A stretch of 64,000 nt of DNA from an uncultured cyanobacterium (GCA_963749915.1 CAVVOP010000025.1:15625-79624), one strand, 5' to 3'. Counted from the stretch's first letter, positions 1 through 11,151 are shown. The notes: a model not told the origin generated them from the letters alone. Program-made: numbers and translations.

Positions 1-867
1 GAGTTCGACTATCAACTTTTGACAAATCCTATCAGCAAAGGTCCTGCAACCGCTAGAAATATGGGTGCCAGAATTGCTAAAGGTGATTTGATTTGTTTTC
101 TGGATGCCGATATCACCATTAATCAACAAACTATTATCCGAATACTCAATTTTTTTGCTCACCATCAGGACATAGCCGCTATTATGGGCTCTTATGATGA
201 CTCTCCTTTTGCTAACAATTTTCTCTCTCAATATAAGAATCTTTTTCACCATTATAACCATCAACAAGGCAAAGAAAATGCTTGTACTTTTTGGGGAGCT
301 TGTGGGGTTATTCGTCGGGAAATATTCCTGCAAATAGGTGGTTTTAATGAAAGTTATCGTTTACCTTCTGTAGAAGATATAGAATTAGGTTATCGACTTA
401 TCAAAGCTGGTTATAAAATTCGTTTATGTAAGGAGATTCAAGTAAAACATCTAAAAAAATGGACTGTTATTTCCTTACTAAAAGCTGACATTTTTTATCG
501 GGCTATTCCTTGGACTGTTTTAATATTAAAATATCAGCAAGTAGTGAATGATTTAAACCTAAATTGGTATAGCAGAACGAGCATTATTTTAGTTTATAGC
601 TTATTGTTATATTTCTTTTTGTTGTTTTGGAAAACCGAATTTATTGTTTTGATCTTCTTTAACATTATTGCCCTTTTAATTTTGAATTTTCCCATTTATA
701 GATTCTTTTTCCAAAAAAGGGGTTTATTATTTTCTTTAATGGTAATTCCTTGGCACTGGTTATATTATTTTTATGGTGGATTAGGGTTTGTTATTGGTTT
801 GATCAGAAATCGTATTTTTGCTCGTGGTAAGGTCAGGGATGTGCAGACAAATAATGTAACAGTTTGA
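1..867 (+). CDS. Glycosyltransferase family 2 with C-terminal membrane segment (5' end outside window)
   Basis: GPATARNMG, FLDAD, GGFNESY and VEDIELGYRL motifs; hydrophobic C-terminus. Confidence 0.85.
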   Translation, partial: EFDYQLLTNPISKGPATARNMGARIAKGDLICFLDADITINQQTIIRILNFFAHHQDIAAIMGSYDDSPFANNFLSQYKNLFHHYNHQQGKENACTFWGACGVIRREIFLQIGGFNESYRLPSVEDIELGYRLIKAGYKIRLCKEIQVKHLKKWTVISLLKADIFYRAIPWTVLILKYQQVVNDLNLNWYSRTSIILVYSLLLYFFLLFWKTEFIVLIFFNIIALLILNFPIYRFFFQKRGLLFSLMVIPWHWLYYFYGGLGFVIGLIRNRIFARGKVRDVQTNNVTV

Positions 868-1006
868 AAGATTTTCTTCCTTAAGAAAGACGGGTGGTTA
901 GGGGAGATCAACAACCGGACATATTATTAAATTGCAGGTCTTTTAGTTGAACCTCTAAACTATTCCGCAACTTATTCTTGTTGTCAATAATTAACCTTGG
1001 TAATTA

Positions 1007-2755
1007 ATGCTTTATTTTATTTTTGTCTGGACCATACTAATATTTATTTGTTTAACTATTGGTACGGCTATTCTTAATCTTGTCCAAGCAAATCATTTAA
1101 CCAGAAAAGGTGATCGTTTTATCCTCTCCATTTGGTTAGGAATAATTAGTTTAACACTGCTATTTCTGACCGTATCTTTCATCTTACCTCTTTCAAGTTT
1201 AGTTGGGTTATCAGCTAGTTTAATTTTGATCATAATTTCTTTTTTCTTTCGTAAAAATCGTCAAGAAATTAAATCATTATTAACAAGTTTAAACTTAAAA
1301 AATATATCCCTTTATCTTTTTATTGCTATTATCATTTCTGCTTTTGCTAGCCAAAAAGTTATTTGGTTTGACACCGGAGTGTACCATTGGGGATCAATCA
1401 AATGGTTATCTGAATTTGGTACAGTTTTCGGGGTTGGTTTAATTAATTCTAAATTTGGCTTTAATGCCGGTTGGTTTGCTTTTTCTGCACCCTTACATTT
1501 TTCTCTGCTAAAGTCTCATATTGGGGCTATTGGCAATGGATTTCTCCTTTTTCTAGTAGTAACTCATTTCCTTATCGCTCTCAAACATTTATTGAGTCGA
1601 CAATTACTAATATCTGACGGATTTGTTCTAACATATTTTGGTACTATTCTTCCCTTTTACATCGTAACTTCTTTTGATAATTCACGAATTTTAATCTCCT
1701 TTGCTCCTGATATTCCTGTTAATTTTTTAATCGGGGTTATTGCTTGGACAATTCTTCTAATATCTAACACTCAGATTCCATCAAACAAATATGAGGGTAA
1801 TCATTGTTTTTCCAGTCAATTAATTCCTCTTTTTTTATCATTGGGAACGATCTCCATGAAGTTATCTGCTTTACCTTTATTCCCCATAACCTTTCTTTTT
1901 TCTTTATCGATAAAATCCAATCAATCTAGAAAAATTAAGAGATTTATTATAAGCAGTTTTCTATCTATCTTATTATTAATGCCCATGTTTATGTACGGAA
2001 TTAAAACTACTGGATGTCCGTTATATCCTTCCTCTTTGATGTGTATAAATCTTCCTTGGTCTATCGATAAAGCCGTTGTCAAGGAGGAAAAAAACATAAT
2101 TACCGGTATAGGAACAACCCCCACAAAATCTTCTGAAAATTATTTTCTGCTCCTGGTAAACAGTAGATTTCAGTGGTTAAAATCATCAATTAAGTTACAA
2201 TTCCTGTTCTTATTAATTATTCCTTCTGTTATATTTTCATTAATTCTTATTAAGAATAAAAACCATATTTTGTTATTTAAAGGCTATTCTTGGTTATTAG
2301 GTTTAGGTTTTTTGGGAATAAGTTTTATTATGATTCAAAGTCCTATATTCCGATTTGGCCTAGGATACTTTTGCCTCATTCCGAGCCTATTTATAGCTAT
2401 ATTTTTAATTCAAAAACTAGCAAACATAAATTATCTAAATAACTTAAGCTCTCAAACAAATAAACTTTTTTTCCTAAGTATTATAATTTTTATTTCAGTC
2501 ATTTTGATATTTGACGACTCCATTGAAAAGCGGTTATTGTTGCCTTTGGGACTACCAGAAATAGAAGTTATTAAAGCACAGATTAATGATATTAAATATG
2601 TCTATCCAGATAACTCAGAAGATAAATCAGAGATAGCATGTTGGGATCAGAAATTACCTTGTTCTCCATTACCTATTCAAGAAAATATTAGATTAAAAAA
2701 TCCAGAAAAAGGCATTGGTGGTGGTTTTTTAAATGAAAAAATTAAAACGGAATAA
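1007..2755 (+). CDS. Polytopic membrane protein, probable GT-C-fold/LIC_10190-like glycosylation protein
   Basis: 582 aa with many TM segments; WFDTGVYH, APDIP and TGCPLYPS motifs; next to a GT2 gene. Confidence 0.6.
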   Translation: MLYFIFVWTILIFICLTIGTAILNLVQANHLTRKGDRFILSIWLGIISLTLLFLTVSFILPLSSLVGLSASLILIIISFFFRKNRQEIKSLLTSLNLKNISLYLFIAIIISAFASQKVIWFDTGVYHWGSIKWLSEFGTVFGVGLINSKFGFNAGWFAFSAPLHFSLLKSHIGAIGNGFLLFLVVTHFLIALKHLLSRQLLISDGFVLTYFGTILPFYIVTSFDNSRILISFAPDIPVNFLIGVIAWTILLISNTQIPSNKYEGNHCFSSQLIPLFLSLGTISMKLSALPLFPITFLFSLSIKSNQSRKIKRFIISSFLSILLLMPMFMYGIKTTGCPLYPSSLMCINLPWSIDKAVVKEEKNIITGIGTTPTKSSENYFLLLVNSRFQWLKSSIKLQFLFLLIIPSVIFSLILIKNKNHILLFKGYSWLLGLGFLGISFIMIQSPIFRFGLGYFCLIPSLFIAIFLIQKLANINYLNNLSSQTNKLFFLSIIIFISVILIFDDSIEKRLLLPLGLPEIEVIKAQINDIKYVYPDNSEDKSEIACWDQKLPCSPLPIQENIRLKNPEKGIGGGFLNEKIKTE

Positions 2756-2777
2756 AATATCTAATAGACATCTCCAA

Positions 2778-3642
2778 CCGACATTCAGCAGATTAATGTG
2801 GAAAAAAAATAATTTTAAAACTCCAAGATAACAAAGGTTTCGACGATTTGGTCTAGCTCCCCAGGTAGGCGAAGTGATAAAGTATTCTGAGATTTTAGCA
2901 ACTTTTTCTCTCAAGGCAATGAATCAACCTCTGGACATTGATGTACAGGACATCGATCATCTTGGAATAATCGCCGGCATCATCAATGAGATCGGGATTG
3001 TCGAAATCACTAATCGCCTGTTGGGAACACATCCTCTGGAAGAAGTCAGTGCTGGCCACGTGGTCAAAGCCTTAATTCTCAGTCAGAGACTGACTCAGGT
3101 GAGATGAGCCCTCTAGAGCAATCCAATGGACAGAAGGCAGAAGCAGAGGACTCAGCAGAGCCCGTACCGATAGAGATTACCCACGGCTATTCGAGAGACC
3201 ATCATCCTGACTTAAAACAGTATACCCTGGCACTGATCACCAGTGGCGATGGTGATGTCCCATTATACTTACGAGTGGGGAATGGCAACGATGCTGACCA
3301 AGCCGTGTTTACCGAAGTGATTGCACAATTTCAGCAACAGTGGAAAGCTGCAGAGCCTGAGGTCTATGTGGCTGATGCCGCTCTCTACAATGAAGAGAAC
3401 TTGGTAGCGTTAGGACAGACTCCTTGGATTAGTCGTGTGCCTGCCACCATTGCTGAGGCTCAACAGTTAATGCAAACCCTACCCCAGGAAATGTTCGCCA
3501 GCCAGTTCCGGGAACAGCTACTCTATGGCTGAAGTGTGCAGCACCTACGCAGGAGTCCGCCAGCGCTGGCTTGTGGTCCAAAGCGAATCGCGCCAACAAG
3601 CAGACCTCAAGCAATTGAACCAGCGCATTGCTAATGCTAAAA
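2778..3642 (+). mobile_element. IS1634-family remnant (left end plus N-terminal/central transposase fragments; internally deleted and frameshifted)
   Basis: End motif CCGACATTCAGCAG at 2778; DIDHLGIIAG, ITHGYSRDHHPDLKQ, VADAALY and WISRVP motifs. Confidence 0.8.
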
Positions 3643-3781
3643 CCTACATTCCGCAGGTTTCTCAACAGAGGAAATAATATTTTTGACAGGCCGAACCGAG
3701 GAAGCGCAAAATCAACCTTTGTAAATCGCTCAACTTGATTGACCCCTAGTTCCTGAAGTGCTTTGACTTTCTTCGTTTTAG
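3643..3781 (-). mobile_element. Right end and last codons of a second IS1634 copy in opposite orientation
   Basis: CCTACATTCCGCAG end motif at 3643; minus strand encodes SDLQRLILRFLGSACQKYYFLC*. Confidence 0.65.
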
Positions 3782-4975
3782 CCCACATTCCGCACTTCAC
3801 TTTGTAAGATGATAAAAGTATTAAAACCAAGCAACTTATTTTGGACAAAATATAAGTAATAATACTCAATATCTTCTTTATTCGCGTTTTGTACTCGCGA
3901 ACTTTGCTCAAATTAAAATCTCATTGTCAATAACTTCACCTTTAATGAGAATAAATAAACAGAGCAAATCTATCAGTTTTCTCTTCTTTATTTATGGTAT
4001 TATAATTGAGAATGTTTAGACTCTTAAATCCCATAAGTTATCCAGATAAAATATAATAATTATGACAAGAAATCGGGAAAAAACTTAAAATTAGTTTTCG
4101 TTCATTTGTTAGATTTACTATCTGTTTTATTCCTTGATTTATTACTAAATGAATCCCCTGAAAACATTGAAATATCCATCTTAACGTTGGACGTTCCGTT
4201 AGTTTTCCCAGCTGATTTTTTATCCCCGTTTTTCTCTCCTCTAATAAGCGACGCACTTCTCTTTGCCCCAAAGAATATACTAACAGACATAACCCCATCA
4301 ACATTGCCATTGTTTCGATTCTTTTTGGGGTTTTTAAAAACACACTATCTGCAAAAAATAATGGCTCTTTCAGAAAACTAAAACCTCTTTCTGCGGCTTG
4401 TTGCTCTTTATACTTAATTAAAATTTCATCAGAATTAAATTTACTTTTATCCAATCTATTTGTAGCTAACACAAATCTTCCTGCTCTTTTTTTTGATTCG
4501 TTTATTTTCGTTAAATCTGATTTCAAAATAGCCGTAACTTGATAAGTTTTTCCCGATTTTTCTTCTTTCTTTTTCGATTTTTTCTTGTGATTATTTAACT
4601 CACTTTCTGTCATTTTTAGCTCGGTTATGTGATGATATTTTAAAGTCTTATTTAGTCTCACAACTGTTTCATAAGCTCCCTCTGATGGCCTAAATTCTTC
4701 CTTCATCAATTTCTTTAATATTTCTTCGGTTTTTTCTTTTTCTTTCTCTATTTTTTCCCTTAGTTTTTCTAGCTCTGATACTTTTCTTTTTTCACTTTCT
4801 ACTATTAACCATCTTTGCTCAATTTCTGCATAATTATTCCTTACTTCACACCATGAATATCCTTCTAAACTACTTGGAGTCAAATCAGATTCTGATAGTT
4901 CTGAAACTAAATTTTTTGCCTCTTTTATTGATAGTGGCACTCTCGATAACCATTCTATTCCACTCATTTTCGCTA
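3782..4975 (-). mobile_element. AT-rich IS1634-family element, C-terminal half of transposase (5'-truncated)
   Basis: End motif CCCACATTCCGCAC at 3782; ORF 4038-5204 has WLSRVP, QRWLIVES, GRFVLATN, ERGFSFLK and PTLRWIFQCFQG; the part beyond ~4975 is antisense IS701-like sequence. Confidence 0.8.
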
Positions 4976-5584
4976 GCTGAATTTTCTCTTTGTTCACTAT
5001 TTGGTCGCAAATGGCATAGTTGTTATGAGGCAATCCAAGATTCTCGCCCCAATAGCAATAAACTGATGAAAAGATATGTTCAAGAAATACCTCAACTCGA
5101 ATATATCTTATTGGGTATCGACAATACTCATTGGGAATTGAAAGATGCTCCCACCATGAAAGATAGAGGCTATCAATACAAGAGTTCATCAATGAATTCA
5201 TCAATCAAGGGACTCGGATATAGTACCATTGCATGGTTACCACAGTTAGAGGCAAAGGGAAGTTGGACATTACCCCTCAGACACGAAAGAATTACCTCAT
5301 TTGAAACCGCAATCTCTAAAGCAACTTGGCAACTCAAACAAGTATCAAGATATTTACCCCAGAAGCTCAACAAATTACTGGTCTTAGATTGTGAATATGG
5401 CAATGGTGTCTTTGTGAAACAAACCGCAGACATCAAAGTGAGTAAATTAATCAGAATTAGATCTAATTGTTGTTTATATACAGAGCCAGGAAACTACTCA
5501 GGAAGAGGAAGACCAAGGAAACATGGACATAAATTCAAACTCAATGATCTTTCTAACTTTTCACGGCATCTTTTTCGGTTGACA

Positions 5585-6073
5585 GGTGTTAGGTGTTAGG
5601 GGTTGGGTGTTAGGATTAGGGATTGAGGATAAGCTTTAATAGTTGAACAGTCAAAAAAAACACTTAGAAACTGATGGGAATACAATCCTATAGAGACTTA
5701 AAGGTTTGGCAAACAGGCATGGATTTAGCAGAAGAATGCTACTTAGTTACTCGCAATTTCCCCAAAGAAGAACTTTACGGGTTAATTTCTCAGATTCGTC
5801 GAGCATCAGCCTCTATTCCCGCCAATGTCGCTGAGGGGCATGGTCGAAAAACCCGAAAAGAATATATACAGTTTTTATACATAGCACAAGGCTCTCTTAA
5901 AGAATTAGAAACTCATCTTTTATTGTCGAAAAGGGTAAAGTTAGGAGAGGGGAAAGTCATTGATTCTCTTTTAAATAGATGTGAATCCCTCGGAAGATTA
6001 TTATCAGCATTGATTCGTGCCCTCGAAAACAAAAACTGAATTTTCCCTATCACCCAACCCCTAACACCCAAAC
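5585..6073. repeat. Inverted heptamer-repeat arms flanking the four-helix-bundle gene
   Basis: GGTGTTAGGGGTTGGGTGTTAGG (5592-5614) matches the reverse complement of 6046-6068 at 22/23 positions. Confidence 0.85.
5674..6039 (+). CDS. Four-helix-bundle protein (23S rRNA-IVP / Avd-like family)
   Basis: SYRDLKVWQ, FPKEELYGLISQIRRASASIPANVAEG and FLYIAQGSLKELETHL signatures. Confidence 0.9.
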   Translation: MGIQSYRDLKVWQTGMDLAEECYLVTRNFPKEELYGLISQIRRASASIPANVAEGHGRKTRKEYIQFLYIAQGSLKELETHLLLSKRVKLGEGKVIDSLLNRCESLGRLLSALIRALENKN

Positions 6074-6967
6074 CCTTTCTCAGGGAAAAGATACCGTGAA
6101 AAGTCAGAATGATCTTTCCACTCATTTCACCGCAGATGAAATAGCAGAAGTAAATGATGAGTCCTTAGGGTTAATCAAAATCAGTAAATGGAGTAACTTG
6201 CACTTTCGTAATGCTTATGAGCAAAAACTGAGTTTGATTAAAATAGAAAGATTGTCGGAAAAGAAAACAGGGGAAAAACATCGTCCACTATGGTTGATTT
6301 GGGTAGGAAAACAATTTTTAGAGTTAGAAAAAATCTGGTCGCAATATGCTCGAAGATTTGGAGTAGACCATTGGTATCGATTTGCCAAACAGAGATTACA
6401 TTGGAATTTACCGAAGTTGGGAACAACCGCTCAATGTCAAAGATGGAGTGATTTGATAGTGAATATGACATGGCAGTTATGGTTGGGAAAAGACTTAGTA
6501 GAAGAAAATCATCTACCTTGGCAAAAACCACAGGAGAATTTAACACCTCAAAGAGTAGCACAGTCAATGTTTTCACTTTTAATCGAGATTGGCTCACCCA
6601 CCAAAGTAGCTAAAACCAGAGGAAAATCAGTTGGATGCAAGAAAGGTAAAAAAAGAATGAAAAGAAAGAGATATCCACTGGTGAAAAAGCGACAATCAAA
6701 AAGTAAAAAATCAGCAAAAAAGGCAGCTTAAGATCATAATTTAGGAAAATTATGTTTGATTTCAGTTAATTTTATTTAGCTGAGTTATTGCTATGTCAAA
6801 TTTTATTTAGTCTAAAGTACAGTTGAAAATCTCACTATTCTTAATATTTTGATAAAATCTACATAATCAAATTATCCGAAATTTGCAACTTTTAACCCTT
6901 GACAAAATTTAGAAAATATGTGTAACATCCTCTCGGCACGCTATTTTTTAATAAAAGGAGAATTTTT

Positions 6968-7405
6968 CTAAAATTTCAAGGATTTAATTAACACCCCAAT
7001 AAAACTAAGTAAGCCAATGATAAGTAAAGCCACTGCTACAATTTCCGCACTCTCAGAGTTTTCGTAAGTATAGCGATCGCTTTCAATTTGTTTAAGAATT
7101 TTACGATGTTCTTTCAATCCTAACACCATGCCAAACATTCCTGTACCGATAAAACAAAGTCCGACAATGACAGAAAATCTGATCGGGTTTAAATGACCAG
7201 CAGTATCAATTTTCTCTATCGCCGTAGTAATGGTAGGAATACCGAAGCCAAAACCGATTAAAGATAAAGAAGTCCGTATCCAAGCCATCAAAGTACGATC
7301 GGCGGCGGCACGACTACGATATTTTGCTAATTCTGTACGATCAGATGCTAAGTCATTATTAGAAAGTTGTTTAGGGGTTTCTGAGTCTTGGGGAGGTTGA
7401 TTCAT
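6968..7405 (-). CDS. DUF202/YidH-family membrane protein
   Basis: AADRTLMAWIRTSLSLIGFGF motif. Confidence 0.85.
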   Translation of the reverse strand: MNQPPQDSETPKQLSNNDLASDRTELAKYRSRAAADRTLMAWIRTSLSLIGFGFGIPTITTAIEKIDTAGHLNPIRFSVIVGLCFIGTGMFGMVLGLKEHRKILKQIESDRYTYENSESAEIVAVALLIIGLLSFIGVLIKSLKF

Positions 7406-7437
7406 AATTACTTAGACTAGACAAAATTAATTGTGAT

Positions 7438-7938
7438 CTAATGTACTTGTTTCATGGCAGGAGGATTCCAAATCCCATTAAGAGCTGATGATTTAGGTGC
7501 ATATAAACGCATTGTTACCCCCAGTACACCCTCAGCAGGAGAAGGCAACCAATTAGATTCTTTATCCTCTTCGGGGGAATCCTTTTGAATGTAGATATCA
7601 AGTGAACCATCTAAGTTATATTTTAGAGCATCTCTATCCCCAATCGCAAAACGATCGAGCTTATTCGCTACTTGAAAACCCTCAGCATCATACATTGTAA
7701 TGGACCAAAAAGCCTCCACGGGAGGAAGTTCATTTTTATCAAAATGTAAAACATATTTATTTTGACCTTCCATCGGCTGACCGTTGGCATCAAAAACATT
7801 CAGGGGATAAATGGCATCTTCGGGTTGATTTGCCCCTAATCCCACCATAGCCACGATTGCCCGTTTTAGATAGTAATTGCCATAAACTCCCATAGTATCG
7901 GTGTTCATTTGCCAACCATTTTCTTTCCCATCGGTTGG
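7438..7938 (-). pseudogene. DUF1254/DUF1214 protein, C-terminal fragment only
   Basis: NGWQMNTDTMGVYGNYYLKRA, PPVEAFWSITMYD, ESNWLP and MRLYAP; N-terminal part missing, abuts the argH stop. Confidence 0.7.
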
Positions 7939-7939
7939 G

Positions 7940-9328
7940 TTAAAGCATAGTCATTTTGTCTTTCAAATTAGAGATCGCCTGTTTTATTTGTTTAAAACCT
8001 GTTCCACCGTAGCTATTCCGGGCAGATACTACTTGTTTAGGTGCGATCGCCTCATATATGTCTGCCTCAAAAGCTGGGTGTAATTGTTGCCATTGTTCAA
8101 GGGTTAAATCCTTAAGTAATTTTCCGGCGGCTAAACTGGTTTTAACGACCTTGCCGACCAAATTATAGGCTTCTCGGAAAGGCACACCTTTGGAAGCTAA
8201 ATAATCCGCCACATCAGTGGCGTTAGAAAAATCTTCGTTAACGGCTTCTTCTAAGCGACTGGTGCGAAATTCTAAGCCTTCCGACAGTAAAATCGTCATA
8301 GCAGATAAACAACCTTTCACGGTGTTAACGGCATCAAAAATGGCCTCTTTGTCTTCCTGTAAGTCTTTATTATAGGCAAGGGGTAAACCTTTCATGATGG
8401 TTAACAAGCCTTGTAAATGTCCGAAAACTCGCCCTGTTTTGCCTCTAACTAATTCAGGTATATCGGGATTTTTCTTTTGAGGCATAATACTTGATCCTGT
8501 AGAGCAACTGTCTTTAAGGGTAATAAAGCTAAATTCCTGAGATGCCCACAAAATCATTTCTTCACTGATACGGCTGAGGTGTACCATGATTAAGCTAGAA
8601 GCACATAAAAATTCAATGGCAAAATCTCGATCGCTCACTCCATCTAAGCTATTCTCATATACAGAGGCGAATCCCAACTCTTTGGCACTAAAATGACGAT
8701 CAATAGGAAATGTAGTACCGGCTAAAGCACCACAACCAAGGGGAGATATATTCGTGCGATCGTAAATTTGTCCTAGTCTTTCCCAGTCACGTTGTGCCAT
8801 ATGACAATAGGCCATGAGATGATGGGCTAAACTGAGGGGTTGTGCCCGTTGTAGGTGAGTATAACCCGGAATTAAGGTTTCGATGTGATTTTCGGCCTGA
8901 TTTAATAGAGCTTGTTGCCAATCTCTTAATAATCCTTGGATTTGCTGAATTTGATCCCGTAAATATAAGCGAACATCCGTACCAACTTGATCATTCCGAG
9001 AACGGGCGGTGTGCAACTTTTTACCCACGTCGCCCACAATTTCTGTCAAACGTCTTTCTACGGCAAAATGTACGTCTTCTTGATCAATGCCGGGATTAAA
9101 GTTCCCGTCTCGGTATTCTTGACGAATTTGGGCTAAACCCTTGATGAGAGTTTGGGCTTCTTCGGAGGTAATAATACCAGTATGACCGAGCATTTTAGCG
9201 TGTGCTGTTGATCCAGTGATGTCATATTCTATTAATTCGATGTCAAAGCCGATACTAGCGTTAAATACCGCAATGACGGGATGTAATGAGGTTTCAAAGC
9301 GATCACTCCAAGTCTGTTTTTTAGTCAC
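7940..9328 (-). CDS. argH: Argininosuccinate lyase
   Basis: [34 protein letters not shown]. Confidence 0.97.
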   Translation of the reverse strand: MTKKQTWSDRFETSLHPVIAVFNASIGFDIELIEYDITGSTAHAKMLGHTGIITSEEAQTLIKGLAQIRQEYRDGNFNPGIDQEDVHFAVERRLTEIVGDVGKKLHTARSRNDQVGTDVRLYLRDQIQQIQGLLRDWQQALLNQAENHIETLIPGYTHLQRAQPLSLAHHLMAYCHMAQRDWERLGQIYDRTNISPLGCGALAGTTFPIDRHFSAKELGFASVYENSLDGVSDRDFAIEFLCASSLIMVHLSRISEEMILWASQEFSFITLKDSCSTGSSIMPQKKNPDIPELVRGKTGRVFGHLQGLLTIMKGLPLAYNKDLQEDKEAIFDAVNTVKGCLSAMTILLSEGLEFRTSRLEEAVNEDFSNATDVADYLASKGVPFREAYNLVGKVVKTSLAAGKLLKDLTLEQWQQLHPAFEADIYEAIAPKQVVSARNSYGGTGFKQIKQAISNLKDKMTML

Positions 9329-9470
9329 GGTTAATAATTATAGTTATCATAATTGGCTGTAGCACTAAAGAAATTGATTACTTTAATGTTTTCTATTTAG
9401 TTTCTTTGTATTTGCGCGATATATCAATTTAACACGATAACGTCCTTAATTCTAACAATGATTAAAAAAC

Positions 9471-9653
9471 TTAAAATCTGGTGAAATTGGCAAAGATATA
9501 GCCGAAAAAGACGCCAATTAATAAAGCCCAAATTTGCCCTGATTCCACGAAATTTTCCCAGGCATCAGACATTTGACCAATAACATCAGGATCTTCAACT
9601 ATTTGGGCAAATGAAAAGCAATGACTGATAACATCATGAATAAATAAATCCAT
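9471..9653 (-). CDS. Small conserved cyanobacterial membrane protein
   Basis: WENFVESGQIWALLIGVFFGY, single TM segment. Confidence 0.6.
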   Translation of the reverse strand: MDLFIHDVISHCFSFAQIVEDPDVIGQMSDAWENFVESGQIWALLIGVFFGYIFANFTRF

Positions 9654-9915
9654 ACAAATATAGCCTCTAAATTATTTTGTTAATCATAGATTATACTCAG
9701 ATTTTGCACCGACACCACAAATCTCTAGGGAGAATCTGCACTAGGTGATCGGGTGGAGGTATAATATTATTTTGCCCTTTCTTGACAGAAGATTTAACGG
9801 TATAAAGTCAAGAAAATTTACGGTATCGAAAATCATTAATTGCTATTGCTAATTTCTGATTGTTCATTGCTGGTTATGTTAGATTTAAAAAGAGCATTTT
9901 TGCCTTCACTCTCAT

Positions 9916-11151
9916 TTGTCAAATTTTGCCGTTGAATTAAATATAATGACTAAATTAGTGACTAAAATTATTGCCTCCACTTGCTTTTTAAGTATAGGTA
10001 TCATCCTTGGTATTTGGGGTAGTCGAACATTGATGACTTCTCAGTCTCCTCTGAAGTCTTCTCCTGATTCTGAGACATCTTTGCTTCCTATGGCTACTCC
10101 CATTGCTTCTCGTGACAAAAATAATGCTACCTCTACAGAAAAAAATATTAATTTTATTACTCAAGCGGCAGAAAAAGTTGGGGCAGCAGTGGTGAGAATT
10201 GACGCCACCCGTGAAGTGAGTTTAAACATTGCACCTAATTTTGATCATCCTCTATTTCGTCATTTTTTTAGGGAACAAATCCCCCGAGAACACATGGAAA
10301 AAGGTACAGGTTCCGGTTTTATTATTAAGGGAGACGGGTTAATTCTGACCAATGCTCATGTGGTTGAAGGGGCGAAAGTGGTATCTGTGTTTCTTAGAGA
10401 TGGTCAAAACTATGAGGGGAAGGTTTTAGGAGTTGATCCGATGACGGATGTCGCTATTGTCAAAATTACGGCTCAAAATTTACCAACAGTTACTTTGGGC
10501 AATGCTGAGCAATTAATACCAGGAGAATGGGCGATCGCCATTGGCAATCCATTGGGGCTAGATAATACCGTTACCGTTGGAATTATAAGTGCTTTAGGGA
10601 GATCGAGTACAGAAGTAGGGGTACCAGATAAACGAGTAAAATTCATTCAGACTGATGCGGCTATTAATCCCGGAAATTCTGGAGGCCCTCTTTTAAACGC
10701 GGGGGGAGAAGTAATTGGCATAAATACCGCCATTCGTGCCGATGCCCAAGGATTAGGTTTTGCCATCCCCATTCAAACAGCTTCTCGTATCGCTAATCAA
10801 CTTTTCACTAACGGCAAAGCATCTCATCCCTATCTCGGCATTCAAATGATTACCCTTAATCAAGATACCCTCAAAAATGGTCAGATACCACAACATTTAG
10901 GCTTTAATATCGATACAGAAAAAGGAGTGCTGGTAGTACAAGTAATGGTCAATTCCCCCGCTGAAAAAGCCGGTTTTTTGCCAGGAGATGTGATTCTCAA
11001 AGTAGGTAATCAAATGGTATTTACAGCCTTAGATGTTCAAGAGCAAGTTGACTTAAGTATTGTCGGTGAAATTTTGCTAGTAGAAATCGAGCGTCACGGA
11101 AAATCTCAGATTATGGAGGTGCTTCCTCAAGATTTCCCTGGTGATTCTTAG
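9916..11151 (+). CDS. HtrA/DegP (HhoA/HhoB-type) serine protease with PDZ domain; start may be 9946
   Basis: GTGSGFII, TNAHVV, QTDAAINPGNSGGPL. Confidence 0.93.
   Translation: MSNFAVELNIMTKLVTKIIASTCFLSIGIILGIWGSRTLMTSQSPLKSSPDSETSLLPMATPIASRDKNNATSTEKNINFITQAAEKVGAAVVRIDATREVSLNIAPNFDHPLFRHFFREQIPREHMEKGTGSGFIIKGDGLILTNAHVVEGAKVVSVFLRDGQNYEGKVLGVDPMTDVAIVKITAQNLPTVTLGNAEQLIPGEWAIAIGNPLGLDNTVTVGIISALGRSSTEVGVPDKRVKFIQTDAAINPGNSGGPLLNAGGEVIGINTAIRADAQGLGFAIPIQTASRIANQLFTNGKASHPYLGIQMITLNQDTLKNGQIPQHLGFNIDTEKGVLVVQVMVNSPAEKAGFLPGDVILKVGNQMVFTALDVQEQVDLSIVGEILLVEIERHGKSQIMEVLPQDFPGDS

Larger units (their letters stand above)
5553..6107. mobile_element. 555-bp non-autonomous TIR element (mobile cassette) carrying a four-helix-bundle gene
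   Basis: TIRs 5553-5574 and 6086-6107 (20/22 match); perfect 10-bp TSD AATGATCTTT at 5543-5552 and 6108-6117. Confidence 0.92.
4965..6824 (+). mobile_element. IS701-like (DDE) transposase, 5'-truncated and interrupted at 5553-6107
   Basis: ORFs 4853-5599 and 6096-6731 join in frame (KFKLNDL-STHF) when the insert is removed; GIDNT, LDCEYG and RRFGVDHWYRFAKQRLHW motifs; putative right end TATTTAGTCTAAAGTACAGTT at 6804-6824. Confidence 0.8.

Noticed and set aside
834..920. CAGGGATGTGCAGAC at the GT2 3' end as a possible IS terminus
   Set aside because: No matching inverted partner or transposase found; too short to support.
5674..6039. Diversity-generating retroelement suggested by the Avd-like gene
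   Set aside because: No reverse transcriptase and no template/variable repeat pair with adenine-specific mismatches seen in the window.
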